Below, piece by piece: positions 54,983 to 64,000 of a DNA stretch of 64,000 bases (its first letter is position 1; the number at the start of each line of letters is the position of its first letter). Both the position numbers and the translations under genes were made by a program. The notes under the pieces are model-generated. The model did no database searches and was not told the DNA's origin. It saw nothing but the letters and a program-made list of their open reading frames with translations. The stretch is taken from positions 997 through 64,996 of the forward strand of contig JAXDPE010000044.1 of NCBI GenBank assembly GCA_034668565.1, in the 5' to 3' direction. The stretch is from Sphingomonadales bacterium. GTDB lineage: Bacteria; Pseudomonadota; Alphaproteobacteria; Sphingomonadales; Sphingomonadaceae.

Positions 54983-55395
54983 CCCAATATGGAGTCATTC
55001 CGGTCCGGCGGACGGCCCAGGGCGGGGTCGAAATCCTGCTGATCACCTCTCGCGAGACCCGGCGGTGGGTCGTCCCTCGAGGCAATCCGATCCCCGGCAA
55101 GAATTTCCTCGCGTCCGCGGCGCAGGAAGCTTTCGAGGAAGCCGGAATAAGCGGCCTCACCGAGCCCAAGCCGCTGGGCCGCTACCGCTATGCCAAGCGG
55201 CGACGCGACGGCACCTCGGTCGAGGCCGAGGTCATGCTCTTCCGGATGACGGTGCAGAAAGTCGCCAAGCATTGGCCGGAAATGCGGCAGCGTGAGCGAC
55301 GCTGGTTCGCGGTCGAGGAGGCTGCGGTCGCGGTCCACGAACCCGACCTCGCCGAACTGATCCGGAACGCCGGCAAGGACCCATCACAAAATTGA
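54976..55395 (+). CDS. NUDIX hydrolase
   Basis: Nudix-box-like GNPIPGKNFLASAAQEAFEEAGI. ATG 54976 overlaps the upstream stop by 7 nt. Confidence 0.75.
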   Translation: MLTQYGVIPVRRTAQGGVEILLITSRETRRWVVPRGNPIPGKNFLASAAQEAFEEAGISGLTEPKPLGRYRYAKRRRDGTSVEAEVMLFRMTVQKVAKHWPEMRQRERRWFAVEEAAVAVHEPDLAELIRNAGKDPSQN

Positions 55396-55447
55396 AACAA
55401 AGCCGCGGCGCCGTGCTAGGGAGCCGCGACCGCGCAAGGGGGACAAG

Positions 55448-56092
55448 ATGTTCAAGTGGTTCCGGACGATCATGCCCCAGGAGGCGGGCTTCTTCGACAT
55501 GTTCGAGCGCCACGCCGTGACCTTGGTCGGCGGATCCGAGGTGATGAGCCGGATGTTCGCCAAGGAGGAAGGCATCCAGGAGGCCTGCCGCCAGATCTCG
55601 AACTTCGAGGAGCAGGCCGACGAGGTCACTCGCGAGGTCCTCCACGCGGTCCGGCGGACCTTCATCACGCCGTTCGACCGGAGCGCGATCACCGATCTCA
55701 TCTCCTCGATGGACGACGCGATCGACGAGATGCAGAAGACGGCGAAGGCGATCACCCAGTTCGAGGTCGCCCATTTCGAGCCGCAGATGCGCGACATGGC
55801 CGCGCTCGCTGAACAAGGCGCGAGGCTGGTCGCCGAGGCGATGCCGCTGCTCCGCAGGATCGGAAGCAACGGCGGCAAGCTCGACGAGATCACCGAGAAG
55901 ATCGTTCACCTCGAGGAGGAGGCGGACAGCCTTCACGACGCCGGCATGAAGGCGCTCTTTCTAAGGCATCGCGACGGCAATGCGATGGGCTATATCGTCG
56001 GCCGCGAGATCTACAGCCATCTGGAGAGGGTCCTCGACCGGCTCGAGGATGTGGCGAACGAGATTTCCGGCGTCGTCATCGACCACGCCTGA
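55448..56092 (+). CDS. DUF47 (PhoU-like, YkaA-type) phosphate transport regulator
   Basis: 214 aa helical protein directly upstream of the PiT transporter. FFDMFERHA...EEQADEVTREV is the typical DUF47 pattern. Confidence 0.85.
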   Translation: MFKWFRTIMPQEAGFFDMFERHAVTLVGGSEVMSRMFAKEEGIQEACRQISNFEEQADEVTREVLHAVRRTFITPFDRSAITDLISSMDDAIDEMQKTAKAITQFEVAHFEPQMRDMAALAEQGARLVAEAMPLLRRIGSNGGKLDEITEKIVHLEEEADSLHDAGMKALFLRHRDGNAMGYIVGREIYSHLERVLDRLEDVANEISGVVIDHA

Positions 56093-56106
56093 GGAGCGCA
56101 ACAGCA

Positions 56107-57120
56107 ATGCACGAGCTGGCCCTGCCGCTGCTCATCGGCCTCATCGCCATCGCGCTCGCGTTCGATTTCCTGAACGGGCTCCACGATGCCGCGAACTCCA
56201 TCGCGACCGTGGTCGCGACCCGGCTGCTCAGCCCGGTGCAGGCCGTCGCCTTCGCCGCCTTCTTCAACTTCGCGGCCTATTTCCTCTCGTTGGCGGTGCC
56301 GAGCCTCCACAAGGTCGCGGACACGATCGGCAAGGGCCTGATCGACAAGGATCTGATCACGCCCGCCGTCGTGTTCGGGGCGCTGATCGGGGCGATGTTC
56401 TGGAACGTCGTCACCTGGCTCAAGGGCATCCCCTCCTCCTCCAGCCACGCTTTGGTCGGCGGCCTGGTCGGCTCGGGGGTCGCCCATGCCGGGCTGACCG
56501 GGGTGCAATGGACCGGGCTCAACAAGACCCTGATCGCGATCGTCCTGTCGCCGATGCTGGGAATGATGCTGGCGATGCTGCTCATGCTCGCGACGAGCTG
56601 GATGGCGGTGAAGGCCAGCGCCCGCGGCGCCGAAAGAAGCTTCCGTTCCCTCCACCTCGTCTCCTCCGCCGCCTACTCGATCGGCCATGGCCTCAACGAC
56701 GCCCAGAAGACGATGGGGATCATCACCGTCCTCCTCTACTCGACCGGCTATTTGACGGGCGAGTTCCACGTCCCTCACTGGGTGGCCATCAGCTGCTATG
56801 TCGCGATCGGCCTCGGCACGCTCAGCGGCGGCTGGCGGATCATCAAGACGATGGGGTCAGGAATCACCAAGCTTTCCCAGCACCAGGGCTTCAGCGCTTC
56901 GGCCGCGGGCTCCGTGATGCTGTTCGCGGCTTCCTGGCTCGGCATCCCGGTTTCGACCACCCACACGATCACCGGCTCGATCATCGGCGCGGGCGTCGCC
57001 CGCCGCCAGTCCGCGGTTCGCTGGGGAGTCGCCCAGAACGTCGTGCTGGCCTGGATCATCACGATCCCGGCCTCGGCGACGGTCGGGGCGATCTTCTACG
57101 GGGTGACTACCCTGTTCTAG
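56107..57120 (+). CDS. pit: inorganic phosphate transporter, PiT family
   Basis: Duplicated signature GLHDAANSIATVV and GLNDAQKTMGII. Polytopic, 337 aa. Confidence 0.92.
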   Translation: MHELALPLLIGLIAIALAFDFLNGLHDAANSIATVVATRLLSPVQAVAFAAFFNFAAYFLSLAVPSLHKVADTIGKGLIDKDLITPAVVFGALIGAMFWNVVTWLKGIPSSSSHALVGGLVGSGVAHAGLTGVQWTGLNKTLIAIVLSPMLGMMLAMLLMLATSWMAVKASARGAERSFRSLHLVSSAAYSIGHGLNDAQKTMGIITVLLYSTGYLTGEFHVPHWVAISCYVAIGLGTLSGGWRIIKTMGSGITKLSQHQGFSASAAGSVMLFAASWLGIPVSTTHTITGSIIGAGVARRQSAVRWGVAQNVVLAWIITIPASATVGAIFYGVTTLF

Positions 57121-57649
57121 ACCGCGCCGGGCGGCGGAAAAGCAGGATCGGCTCGCCCCTGTAGACCGCCTCCTCGCGGACGGTGAAACCGCCTTTCTCC
57201 GCGATCCGGATCGACGGCGCGTTGGCGTGATTGATGATCGCGACGATCTCCCGCCCGCCCAGGGCCTCGTCGGCCCAGGCCAGAGCGGCGAGGACGGCTT
57301 CCGTTGCATAGCCCTTCCCCTGCACCTCCCGGCCCAGGATCCAGCCCATTTCAGGGATACCCTCTATCGACGGCTCCATATCGCGCTTGAAGTCGGCGAA
57401 GCCGATCTGCCCGACATAGGCGCCGCCCTCGCGCCGCTCGGCGGCCCAATAACCGTAGCCGAGCAGGACCCACAGCCCCGGGGACGCGAGTATCTTGCGC
57501 CAGGTCTCCTCGCGAGTCGCCGGAGACCCGCCAAGATGGCGGTAGACCTCCGGATCGGTCATCGCCGCCAGTTGCGCATCGAGGTCCGACGCCTGGAAGC
57601 CGCGAAGCCGGAGCCGCGGGGTTTCGATCGTCGGGGCCGCCCCGGTCAT
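57107..57649 (-). CDS. GNAT family N-acetyltransferase (RimJ/RimL-like)
   Basis: IETPRLRLRGF, GWILGREVQGKGYATEA and NAPSIRIAEKGGF. ATG at 57647-57649. Confidence 0.8.
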   Translation of the reverse strand: MTGAAPTIETPRLRLRGFQASDLDAQLAAMTDPEVYRHLGGSPATREETWRKILASPGLWVLLGYGYWAAERREGGAYVGQIGFADFKRDMEPSIEGIPEMGWILGREVQGKGYATEAVLAALAWADEALGGREIVAIINHANAPSIRIAEKGGFTVREEAVYRGEPILLFRRPARSRTG

Positions 57650-57660
57650 GTCAGCGAGGC

Positions 57661-57891
57661 TTACTTCTTGCCGAGGGTGAGCCCGCCGAAGCGCTTGTTG
57701 AAGCGGGCGACCTGGCCGCCGCTGTCGACCATCTTGCCGTGGCCGCCGGTCCAGGCCGGGTGCACCTTCGGATCGATGTCGAGGGTCAGGGTGTCGCCTT
57801 CCTTGCCCCAAGTCGAGCGGGTGTCGAAGGTGGTGCCGTCGGTCATCTGCACCTTGATCATATGGTAATCGGGATGGGCGTCGGTCTTCAT
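57661..57891 (-). CDS. rpmE: 50S ribosomal protein L31
   Basis: [50 protein letters not shown]...RFNKRFGG. 76 aa, and only the 3' part of track ORF 57661..58218. Confidence 0.93.
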   Translation of the reverse strand: MKTDAHPDYHMIKVQMTDGTTFDTRSTWGKEGDTLTLDIDPKVHPAWTGGHGKMVDSGGQVARFNKRFGGLTLGKK

Positions 57892-58011
57892 GTCGCTGAT
57901 TTCCTTGCGATGTGGCTGGTTCCGACCAGCCTCGAGCGAAGTCGAATGCGGGCCTGTACCCAATGCGCCCGAATTTGACAAGGCGACGCGCCGCCGACTA
58001 ACCCTGCGCCC

Positions 58012-58237
58012 AGCGAAGGTGCCCTTCACGCCGAAGCTACGGCGGGGGAAGGGTGAAAAGGGAAGCCGGCGGAAATCCGGCGCTGTGCCCGCAACTGTGA
58101 ACGGCCCCGGCCGCAAGTCAGGAACCTGCCTTCGCCGTCGTCCGCATCCGGCCGGGACCAGCCGAAATGCGTGGCGTCGGGGACGGACGATCCGGCCGCG
58201 ATTCCTCCGAGACGACAAATCGTCGTTGAAAGGAGGA
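58012..58237 (+). promoter_or_regulatory. cobalamin (AdoCbl) riboswitch with RBS-sequestering expression platform
   Basis: GGTGCC...AAGGGAAGCCGGCGGAAATCCGGCGCTGTGCCCGCAACTGTGAA...GTCAGGAACCTGCC matches the B12-box core. TCCTCC (58203-58208) can pair with the SD GGAGGA (58232-58237). Confidence 0.85.
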
Positions 58238-58242
58238 TCCCG

Positions 58243-60111
58243 ATGAATTTAATCCTGTTACTGGCCGCCGCCGCAACCCCCGCCCCGGCTTCCGGCGAGA
58301 CGATCGTCATCACCGCGTCGCGAGAGCCGGTGAGCCGATCGCAGGCCGCCGTCTCCACCGATATCGTGGACGAGGAAACGCTCGCAGCGCTGGCGCTGCC
58401 CGCCGCCGCCGACGTTCTGCGTCTGGTCCCGGGCGTCTCGGTCGGCGTCAGCGGACCACGGGGATCGCAGACCCAGATCCGAATCCGCGGCGCCGAGGCC
58501 AATCATACCTTGCTGTTCGTCGACGGCATCCGGTTCAACGATCCCGCCGCCGCCAACGAAGCCCGATTCGAGTTGCTGACGACCGATGCGCTCTCGCGGG
58601 TCGAGGTCGTTCGAGGCCCGCAATCGGCGCTGTGGGGCTCGGAGGCGCTCGGCGGCGTGGTCGCCGTCGAGACCGCGAATGCAAGGGAAGGGACGGATCT
58701 CAGCGCGCTCGCCGAATATGGCAGCCTCGACAGTTTCCGAGTCTCCGGCCAAAGCGCGATCCGGGCCGGAGCCCTCGGCCTTTCCGGTTCGGCGACCTGG
58801 CAGGGAAGCGAGGGCATCGACAGCTTCGCGGGCGGGCCGGTCGAGCGCGACGGCTTCGCCAACCGCTCAGGGCACCTGAAAGCCATCTACGGGCTAGGCG
58901 AAGGTTCGGAGCTCGGGATCGTCGGCCATTGGGTCGAGGGCCGGAGCGAATATGACGGCTTCGACCCGGCCACCTTCCGCCGAGCCGATACCGGCGACGA
59001 GACGAGAAACAGGATTGGCGCGGTTCGCGGCTGGGGACGCATCGAACGCGGCGCATGGACCGCTTCGGCCGATTTGTCCTTCCTCGACAGCGCCAACCGC
59101 AACCGGCTGGACGATGCGCCGCTCAACCGGACCGCCGGCGAGCGGCTGACCGGCGGCGCGCAGATCTCTCGGACCCTCGGCCGCCACCGCCTGACGGCCG
59201 CGCTCGAACATCAGGCCGAGTCCTTCCGGGCCCGCGACCAGAGTTCCTTCGGCGCCACCGACCAGGATCGTTCCCGGCACCTCACGGCGGCGATCGCGGA
59301 ATGGCGCGCGCAATGGCTTGGGGTCCTGACGACGGACGTTGCCGTGAGGCACGACGATTTCAGCGCCTTCGCCGACGCCACGACGGTGCGCGCCTCGGCG
59401 CTGCTCCGCCCGGGGAGGGGATTTCAAATCCACGGCGGCTACGGCGAGGGCATCGCCCAGCCCAGCTTTTACGACCTTTTCGGCTTCTTCCCGGGCAGCT
59501 TCGTCGGCAACCCGGCTTTGACCCCGGAAAGATCGAGCGGCTGGGAGGCGGGTATCGGCTGGCGCAGGTCGGGGCTGGAGCTCGGCCTCACGGGCTTCAC
59601 CCATCGCCTGAACGACGAGATAATCGACACGTTCGACCCGCTTACCTTCACCGCGGGCGCCGCCAACGCGACCGGAACGAGCCGCCGGCGCGGAGTCGAG
59701 GTCGAAGCGGCGTATCGCCCGGCCGAGCGGATTCATTTCGCCTTCAACTACACCTTCCTCGACTCGGAGGAAGGAAGGGTGGCGGGCGGAAGCTCGGTGC
59801 GCGAGGTGCGCCGCCCCAGGCACAGCGCGAACGTCGTCGCGGCAGGGGAAGCGGGAGCGCTGAGTTGGGGGGCGACCCTGGCTTATGTCGGAAAGCGTCG
59901 CGACACGGACTTCGACGTCTTTCCCTCGCAAGCCGTAACGCTCGACGATTATTGGCTGGGCTCGGTGAGGCTCGGCTGGAGGTTTGCCAAGCGGCTCGAA
60001 GCCTTTGCCCGGGTCGAGAACCTGCTCGACTCGCGCTACCAGGACGTGGTCGGCTATCGGACCGCGGGGAGGACAGCCTATGCGGGCCTTCGTTTTCGTT
60101 TCCGCGATTAG
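58243..60111 (+). CDS. btuB: TonB-dependent receptor, BtuB-like (cobalamin)
   Basis: TonB box ETIVITASR, plug motif [22 protein letters not shown] and terminal [11 protein letters not shown] 58243 follows AGGAGG and lies downstream of the B12 riboswitch. Confidence 0.85.
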   Translation: MNLILLLAAAATPAPASGETIVITASREPVSRSQAAVSTDIVDEETLAALALPAAADVLRLVPGVSVGVSGPRGSQTQIRIRGAEANHTLLFVDGIRFNDPAAANEARFELLTTDALSRVEVVRGPQSALWGSEALGGVVAVETANAREGTDLSALAEYGSLDSFRVSGQSAIRAGALGLSGSATWQGSEGIDSFAGGPVERDGFANRSGHLKAIYGLGEGSELGIVGHWVEGRSEYDGFDPATFRRADTGDETRNRIGAVRGWGRIERGAWTASADLSFLDSANRNRLDDAPLNRTAGERLTGGAQISRTLGRHRLTAALEHQAESFRARDQSSFGATDQDRSRHLTAAIAEWRAQWLGVLTTDVAVRHDDFSAFADATTVRASALLRPGRGFQIHGGYGEGIAQPSFYDLFGFFPGSFVGNPALTPERSSGWEAGIGWRRSGLELGLTGFTHRLNDEIIDTFDPLTFTAGAANATGTSRRRGVEVEAAYRPAERIHFAFNYTFLDSEEGRVAGGSSVREVRRPRHSANVVAAGEAGALSWGATLAYVGKRRDTDFDVFPSQAVTLDDYWLGSVRLGWRFAKRLEAFARVENLLDSRYQDVVGYRTAGRTAYAGLRFRFRD

Positions 60112-60865
60112 CCTTGCCCTTGCCGGCGCGGCGGAGGCGGCGCCCCGACGGGTCGCTTCGCTCAATTTGTGCACCGACGAGCTGCTGCTGATGCTCGCCG
60201 AGCCGGCGCAGGTCGTCTCGGTCACCCACCTCGGCCAGCAGCCGGCCGAGACGACGCTGTGGCGGCAGGCTCGCCGCTATCGAAGCAATGACGGCAGCCT
60301 GGTGTCGGTGGCCGGCCTCCGCCCGGATCTGGTCCTGACCATGGGCGGCGGCGGCCGCGACGGGAGCCGGATCGCCCAGCGTCTCGGCATCCGGATGCTC
60401 GACCTTCCCTATCCCCAATCCCTGGGCGATATCGAGCAAGCGGTGCGCAGAGTGTCGGCCGCGCTGGGCCGGCCCGCCGCCGGACGGGTAGTGCTGGCCC
60501 GGATGGAAAGACTGGAACGCGGCCGACCCGCGCCGGCTATCGATACGATCTGGCTGAGCGGCGGCGGGCGCACGGTCGCGGCCGGAGGCCTGGCGGCGCA
60601 ATGGATGGCGCTCGCCGGTTTTCGCCAGCGATCCCTGGCCGGAGACCGAGTGTCGCTGGAATATCTGCTTCTCCGCCCGCCTTCGGTGATCCTTCGCAGC
60701 GACTATCGGCAGGGCCAATATTCAGGCGAGCAGCGATGGCTGTCGCATCCGCTCGCGCGGCAGGTTCGCGGCGCTCGAACCCTCGTCACGGACGGTCGCC
60801 CCTGGACCTGCATGGGGCCCCTCCTCGCGACCGAAATCGAACGGCTGCGGACGGCCCGGCAGTGA
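60080..60865 (+). CDS. ABC transporter periplasmic binding protein (BtuF/FecB-like)
   Basis: Signal peptide [20 protein letters not shown], then RVASLNLCTDELLLML and PDLVLT. The start overlaps the receptor gene by 32 nt. Confidence 0.7.
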   Translation: MRAFVFVSAISLALAGAAEAAPRRVASLNLCTDELLLMLAEPAQVVSVTHLGQQPAETTLWRQARRYRSNDGSLVSVAGLRPDLVLTMGGGGRDGSRIAQRLGIRMLDLPYPQSLGDIEQAVRRVSAALGRPAAGRVVLARMERLERGRPAPAIDTIWLSGGGRTVAAGGLAAQWMALAGFRQRSLAGDRVSLEYLLLRPPSVILRSDYRQGQYSGEQRWLSHPLARQVRGARTLVTDGRPWTCMGPLLATEIERLRTARQ

Positions 60866-61830
60866 AGGCCCTCCCCCTCGCCCTCCTCTGCCTGGCGACG
60901 CTGGCGGCCTTCGCCGCGTCGCTGCTGATGCCGTGGGCTCCGATCGCCGCCTTGCTCGGCGAAGACCGGCCGCTCGCGCTCGCTCTGCTTTGGGAGCTTC
61001 GGCTGCCGAGAGCGCTGCTCGCGCTCGCCTACGGCACCATGCTGGGAGCGTCCGGAGCGGCAATCCAGGGTCTGTTCGCCAATCCTCTCGCTTCGCCGGA
61101 CCTCACAGGAACGACCAGCGGAGCGGCGCTCGGCGCGGTGGTTACCGCTTATGGGTTCGGCTTCACCGCGCCGCTGGCATTGGCGTTCGGAGCGGTCGGC
61201 GGAGCCTTGAGCGCCCTGTTGCTCCTGCTCGCGCTCGCCGGGCCTCGCGCCGAGACCGCGACCCTGCTTCTGGCCGGCCTGGCGATCAGCGCCCTGGCGG
61301 GGGCGCTGACCACCCTCGCCTTGGCGCTCGCCCCCTCCCCCTTCGCTTTTTACGACGCCTATGAATGGCTGATGGGCTCGCTGGTCGACCGAAGCCTCGA
61401 GCAGGCCGCCTTCGCTGCGGGGCCGGCCGTCGCGGCGATCGCACTGCTGCTCCGGCTCGCGCGTCCGCTCGACAGCCTTACCCTCGGCGAGGAAGTGGCC
61501 CAGTCGTTCGGCCACGACGTCCGCCGCCTGAGAATCGAGATCGTCTGCCTGACCGCCTTCGGAGTCGGCACGTGCGTCGCCATTTGCGGAGCGATCGGCT
61601 TTGTCGGGCTGGTCGCGCCCATCTTCGCCCGCCGGCTGACCGGCGGCCATCCCGGCCGGGCGATAGCCCCGGCGGCTCTGATCGGCGGCCTTTTGCTGCT
61701 CGTCGCCGACCTCGTGGTTCGCGCCGCCCCGCTCGGCCGGACGCTTCCGATCGGAGTCGTCACCGCCTTGCTCGGGGCTCCCTTCTTTCTCTGGCTGGTG
61801 GCCCACATGCGCTGGAGGCTGGCTCGATGA
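60862..61830 (+). CDS. FecCD-family ABC permease (BtuC-like)
   Basis: LRLPRALLALAYGTMLGASGAAIQGLFANPLASPDLTG and IGVVTALLGAPFFLWL. The GTG start is in a GTGA overlap. Confidence 0.88.
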   Translation: MKALPLALLCLATLAAFAASLLMPWAPIAALLGEDRPLALALLWELRLPRALLALAYGTMLGASGAAIQGLFANPLASPDLTGTTSGAALGAVVTAYGFGFTAPLALAFGAVGGALSALLLLLALAGPRAETATLLLAGLAISALAGALTTLALALAPSPFAFYDAYEWLMGSLVDRSLEQAAFAAGPAVAAIALLLRLARPLDSLTLGEEVAQSFGHDVRRLRIEIVCLTAFGVGTCVAICGAIGFVGLVAPIFARRLTGGHPGRAIAPAALIGGLLLLVADLVVRAAPLGRTLPIGVVTALLGAPFFLWLVAHMRWRLAR

Positions 61831-62552
61831 CCGCGCTTCTGATCGCCCAGAAAGTGGGGCTCGCTGGGCGGCTCGATCCCGCCGATTTCCGAATGGATGG
61901 GCCGGAGCTGGTCTGCCTTGTCGGGCCCAATGGAAGCGGCAAGACCAGCCTGCTCCACGCTTTGGCCCGGATCGGCGGCGCCACCGGTGAGGTCAGGATC
62001 AACGGCCGGCGGCCCGAAGGCCTCGCCCCCGCCCAACGGCGACGGCTTCTGTCCTTCTTGCCCGCCTCGCGCGACGTTGCCTGGCCGCTCGCCGTTCAGG
62101 ACGTCGTCCGGCTGGGCGCGGACGAGGAGGAGACAAGCCAGGCGATGGCGGCGCTCGATCTCGACTCCTTTGCACGCCGCCGGGCCGACCGCCTCTCGAC
62201 CGGGGAGCGGAGCCGGGTCCTGATCGCCCGGGCATTGGCGCCGAAGGCGCGCCTGCTTCTGCTCGACGAACCCGTCGCCAACCTCGATCCGCTCTGGCAG
62301 CTCAGGCTGATGGAGCGGCTTCGCGCCTCCGTCCGCGACGGCCAGGGCGCCATCGTGGCAATGCACGACCTCGATCTCGCGGCGCGCTATGCCGACCGGC
62401 TCGTGCTGATGGCGAAAGGCCGGATCGTCGAGGATGGCGAGCCCCGGGCCATGCTCGGCTCGGAGCGGTTGGAGCGGGTGTTCGGGATCAGCAAGGCCGG
62501 CGGCGAATGGCGGCCGCTCAGTCGGCGGGAGGATCCGCGATCATCGCCGTGA
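61827..62552 (+). CDS. ABC transporter ATP-binding protein (BtuD/FecE-like)
   Basis: [20 protein letters not shown] and LLLLDEP. The ATG is in an ATGA overlap with the permease stop. Confidence 0.88.
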   Translation: MTALLIAQKVGLAGRLDPADFRMDGPELVCLVGPNGSGKTSLLHALARIGGATGEVRINGRRPEGLAPAQRRRLLSFLPASRDVAWPLAVQDVVRLGADEEETSQAMAALDLDSFARRRADRLSTGERSRVLIARALAPKARLLLLDEPVANLDPLWQLRLMERLRASVRDGQGAIVAMHDLDLAARYADRLVLMAKGRIVEDGEPRAMLGSERLERVFGISKAGGEWRPLSRREDPRSSP

Positions 62553-62994
62553 AGTTGGTTTCCGCGGCGACCTTGCCGTCGATCAGTACCCGGCCGGCGA
62601 ACTTGCAGACGCTGCCGCGGTCCTGGACGAGCTCGACCTCGATCCGAAGAAGCACTCCGGGCTCGACCGGGCGCCGGAACTTGGCGCTGTCGATCGCCAT
62701 GAAATAGACGAGCTTGCCGGTGCCGGCGAGACCGAGGGATTCGACCGCGAGAACGCCCGAAGCCTGCGCCATCGCTTCGACGAGGAGCACTCCGGGCATG
62801 ATCGGGCGGCCCGGAAAATGGCCCTGGAAGAAAGGCTCGTTGATCGTCACCGCCTTGATCGCGACGATCCGCTTCTTCGGCACCAGCTCCTCGATCCGGT
62901 CGATGAGCAGGAAGGGATAGCGATGCGGCAGCGCCGCCATCACCCGCCGGATATCGAGCGGGCCGATGGCGGCGGTTGCCGGGTCGGAGCTCAC
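62518..62994 (-). CDS. fabZ: 3-hydroxyacyl-ACP dehydratase FabZ
   Basis: [13 protein letters not shown] and [26 protein letters not shown] 62992-62994 is in a GTGA overlap with the skp stop. Confidence 0.95.
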   Translation of the reverse strand: MSSDPATAAIGPLDIRRVMAALPHRYPFLLIDRIEELVPKKRIVAIKAVTINEPFFQGHFPGRPIMPGVLLVEAMAQASGVLAVESLGLAGTGKLVYFMAIDSAKFRRPVEPGVLLRIEVELVQDRGSVCKFAGRVLIDGKVAAETNFTAMIADPPAD

Positions 62995-63605
62995 CGGCCC
63001 TGGGGCTGCTGGGCCGGCTGCTGTCCGGCGGGCAGAGGCACAACGCTGACGGAGGGCAGCGACGCGTTGAGGGCGGTCAGGACGTCGTTGGTGACATCGA
63101 TAGCGCCGGCACGGGCCAGAGTGGCGTTGACGTCGAGAGCAACGTTGGCGCCGCGGGCGGTCATTACCTGGGTGATGACCGGATTGAGCTTGACGTTGAT
63201 CTGGCGAAGAACGTTCTGCTGGGTCGAGGTGATGTTCTGCTCGAGCCGCGCCAGCTCCTGCTGGGCGCTGGTCTGCTTCGCCTGGAACGCCTGGACTCGG
63301 GTGTTGAGGGCGGTCTCGGCGGCGGCCCGGGCCGCGCCGCTCTGGTTGCGAAGCGCCGCGCCCGCCTGTTCGATCGACTGCGCCTCCGTCTGGAGGGGCT
63401 GGCCGAGCTGGGTGCTGCGGGTACGCGCCGAGGTCAGCAGGCCCTGGAGCTGGGTCTGGGCCGCCTTGCAGGCGTTGCACTCGCGATAAATGCGGTCGGT
63501 ATCGACGACGACGATGACGGCGTCGGGAGCTTTTTGCGCCTGGGCAATGCCAGGCAACGCAAGCGAAAGGGCGGCCATGGCCGCTCCGAGAGCGATTTTG
63601 TTCAT
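62991..63605 (-). CDS. OmpH/Skp family periplasmic chaperone
   Basis: Signal peptide [23 protein letters not shown] and a Gln/Ala-rich coiled region. Sits in the bamA-skp-fabZ position. Confidence 0.85.
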   Translation of the reverse strand: MNKIALGAAMAALSLALPGIAQAQKAPDAVIVVVDTDRIYRECNACKAAQTQLQGLLTSARTRSTQLGQPLQTEAQSIEQAGAALRNQSGAARAAAETALNTRVQAFQAKQTSAQQELARLEQNITSTQQNVLRQINVKLNPVITQVMTARGANVALDVNATLARAGAIDVTNDVLTALNASLPSVSVVPLPAGQQPAQQPQGR

Positions 63606-64000
63606 CAGAATGCGGTTCCTACGTTGAAGGTGATCAGCTTGGTGTCGTCGCCCTTAGCCTTTAAGAGCGCTTTGGCTATATCGATCCTGAACGGACCGAA
63701 TGGCGAGTTCCAATTGACTCCGAAGCCTATCGAGAGCCGGGGCTTGGCGGTGTCGCCGAGATATTGCTCGTCGAAGGCCGTGATGCCCGGCACGAGGGTG
63801 GTTGTCGGATCGCAGCTGCCGCCTTCAGGGCGCAGCGTGAAGTTGCCGCTGGAGTCGAAGCAGCGATCCTTGGTGAGCGGGGTGCCCGGAAGGATCGGAT
63901 TGACCTGCGGATTCCTGAGGCCGAACAGAGCGCCGGCGTCGACGAAGATGGACGGCCGCAGGCCCATTTCCCGGATGCTGGAGCTTACCGGTATCTCGAG
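63605..64000 (-). CDS. bamA: outer membrane protein assembly factor BamA, C-terminal fragment (5' end outside window)
   Basis: The frame is open to the window edge. Terminal beta-barrel strands ...[25 protein letters not shown]...ITFNVGTAF end in aromatic F. Confidence 0.9.
   Translation of the reverse strand, partial: LEIPVSSSIREMGLRPSIFVDAGALFGLRNPQVNPILPGTPLTKDRCFDSSGNFTLRPEGGSCDPTTTLVPGITAFDEQYLGDTAKPRLSIGFGVNWNSPFGPFRIDIAKALLKAKGDDTKLITFNVGTAF

Noticed and set aside
52574-55395. gcdH, type III CoA-transferase and NUDIX hydrolase trio considered as an unusual system.
   Set aside because: Glutaryl-CoA dehydrogenase followed by a CaiB/BaiF CoA-transferase is a common lysine/tryptophan-catabolic pairing. 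The overlapping Nudix gene is mildly curious, but nothing in the sequence marks it as special.

Overview
High-GC alphaproteobacterial chromosome segment. Gene content and order look Sphingomonadaceae-like: fused ispDF, dusB-ntrY-ntrX-hfq-hflX without ntrBC, a two-domain Hfq, bamA-skp-fabZ, and dac-tmk-holB-metG. All calls come from reading the sequence and the ORF track; no database or covariance-model search was run. I call about 65 protein genes, 3 tRNAs (Met-CAT, Pro-TGG, Ser-TGA), and one cobalamin riboswitch in front of a btuB-btuFCD-like uptake operon. Most long ORFs antisense to these genes are high-GC shadow ORFs. Coding content is mainly housekeeping, but intergenic space is saturated with several families of short palindromic MITE/REP-like elements. 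Five things deserve a second look. (1) A DUF559 nuclease gene sits exactly between about 50-bp inverted double-hairpin repeats. A cargo-less copy of the same repeat pair lies 3.7 kb away, and the hairpin stems differ by compensatory changes. This resembles the REPIN/RAYT layout but with a different enzyme. (2) A roughly 290-bp low-GC insertion lies at the dusB 3' end. It is bounded by an intact and a decayed copy of the dusB 3' end and carries an unlisted 49-codon ORF for a signal-peptide-bearing CX4CX4CX4C peptide. (3) A translationally coupled four-gene module (polyprenyl-phosphate-sugar-synthase-like GT2, GT-C-like membrane protein, DUF3473 deacetylase, GNAT) lies antiparallel between tatD and metG, with ArnC/ArnD/ArnT-like logic. 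(4) An alphaproteobacterial SOS-box-like GTTC-N7-GTTC overlaps a TTGACT -35 and precedes about 400 nt of ORF-poor, hairpin-dense sequence of unknown identity. (5) hflX may start at a CUG that overlaps the hfq stop codon.
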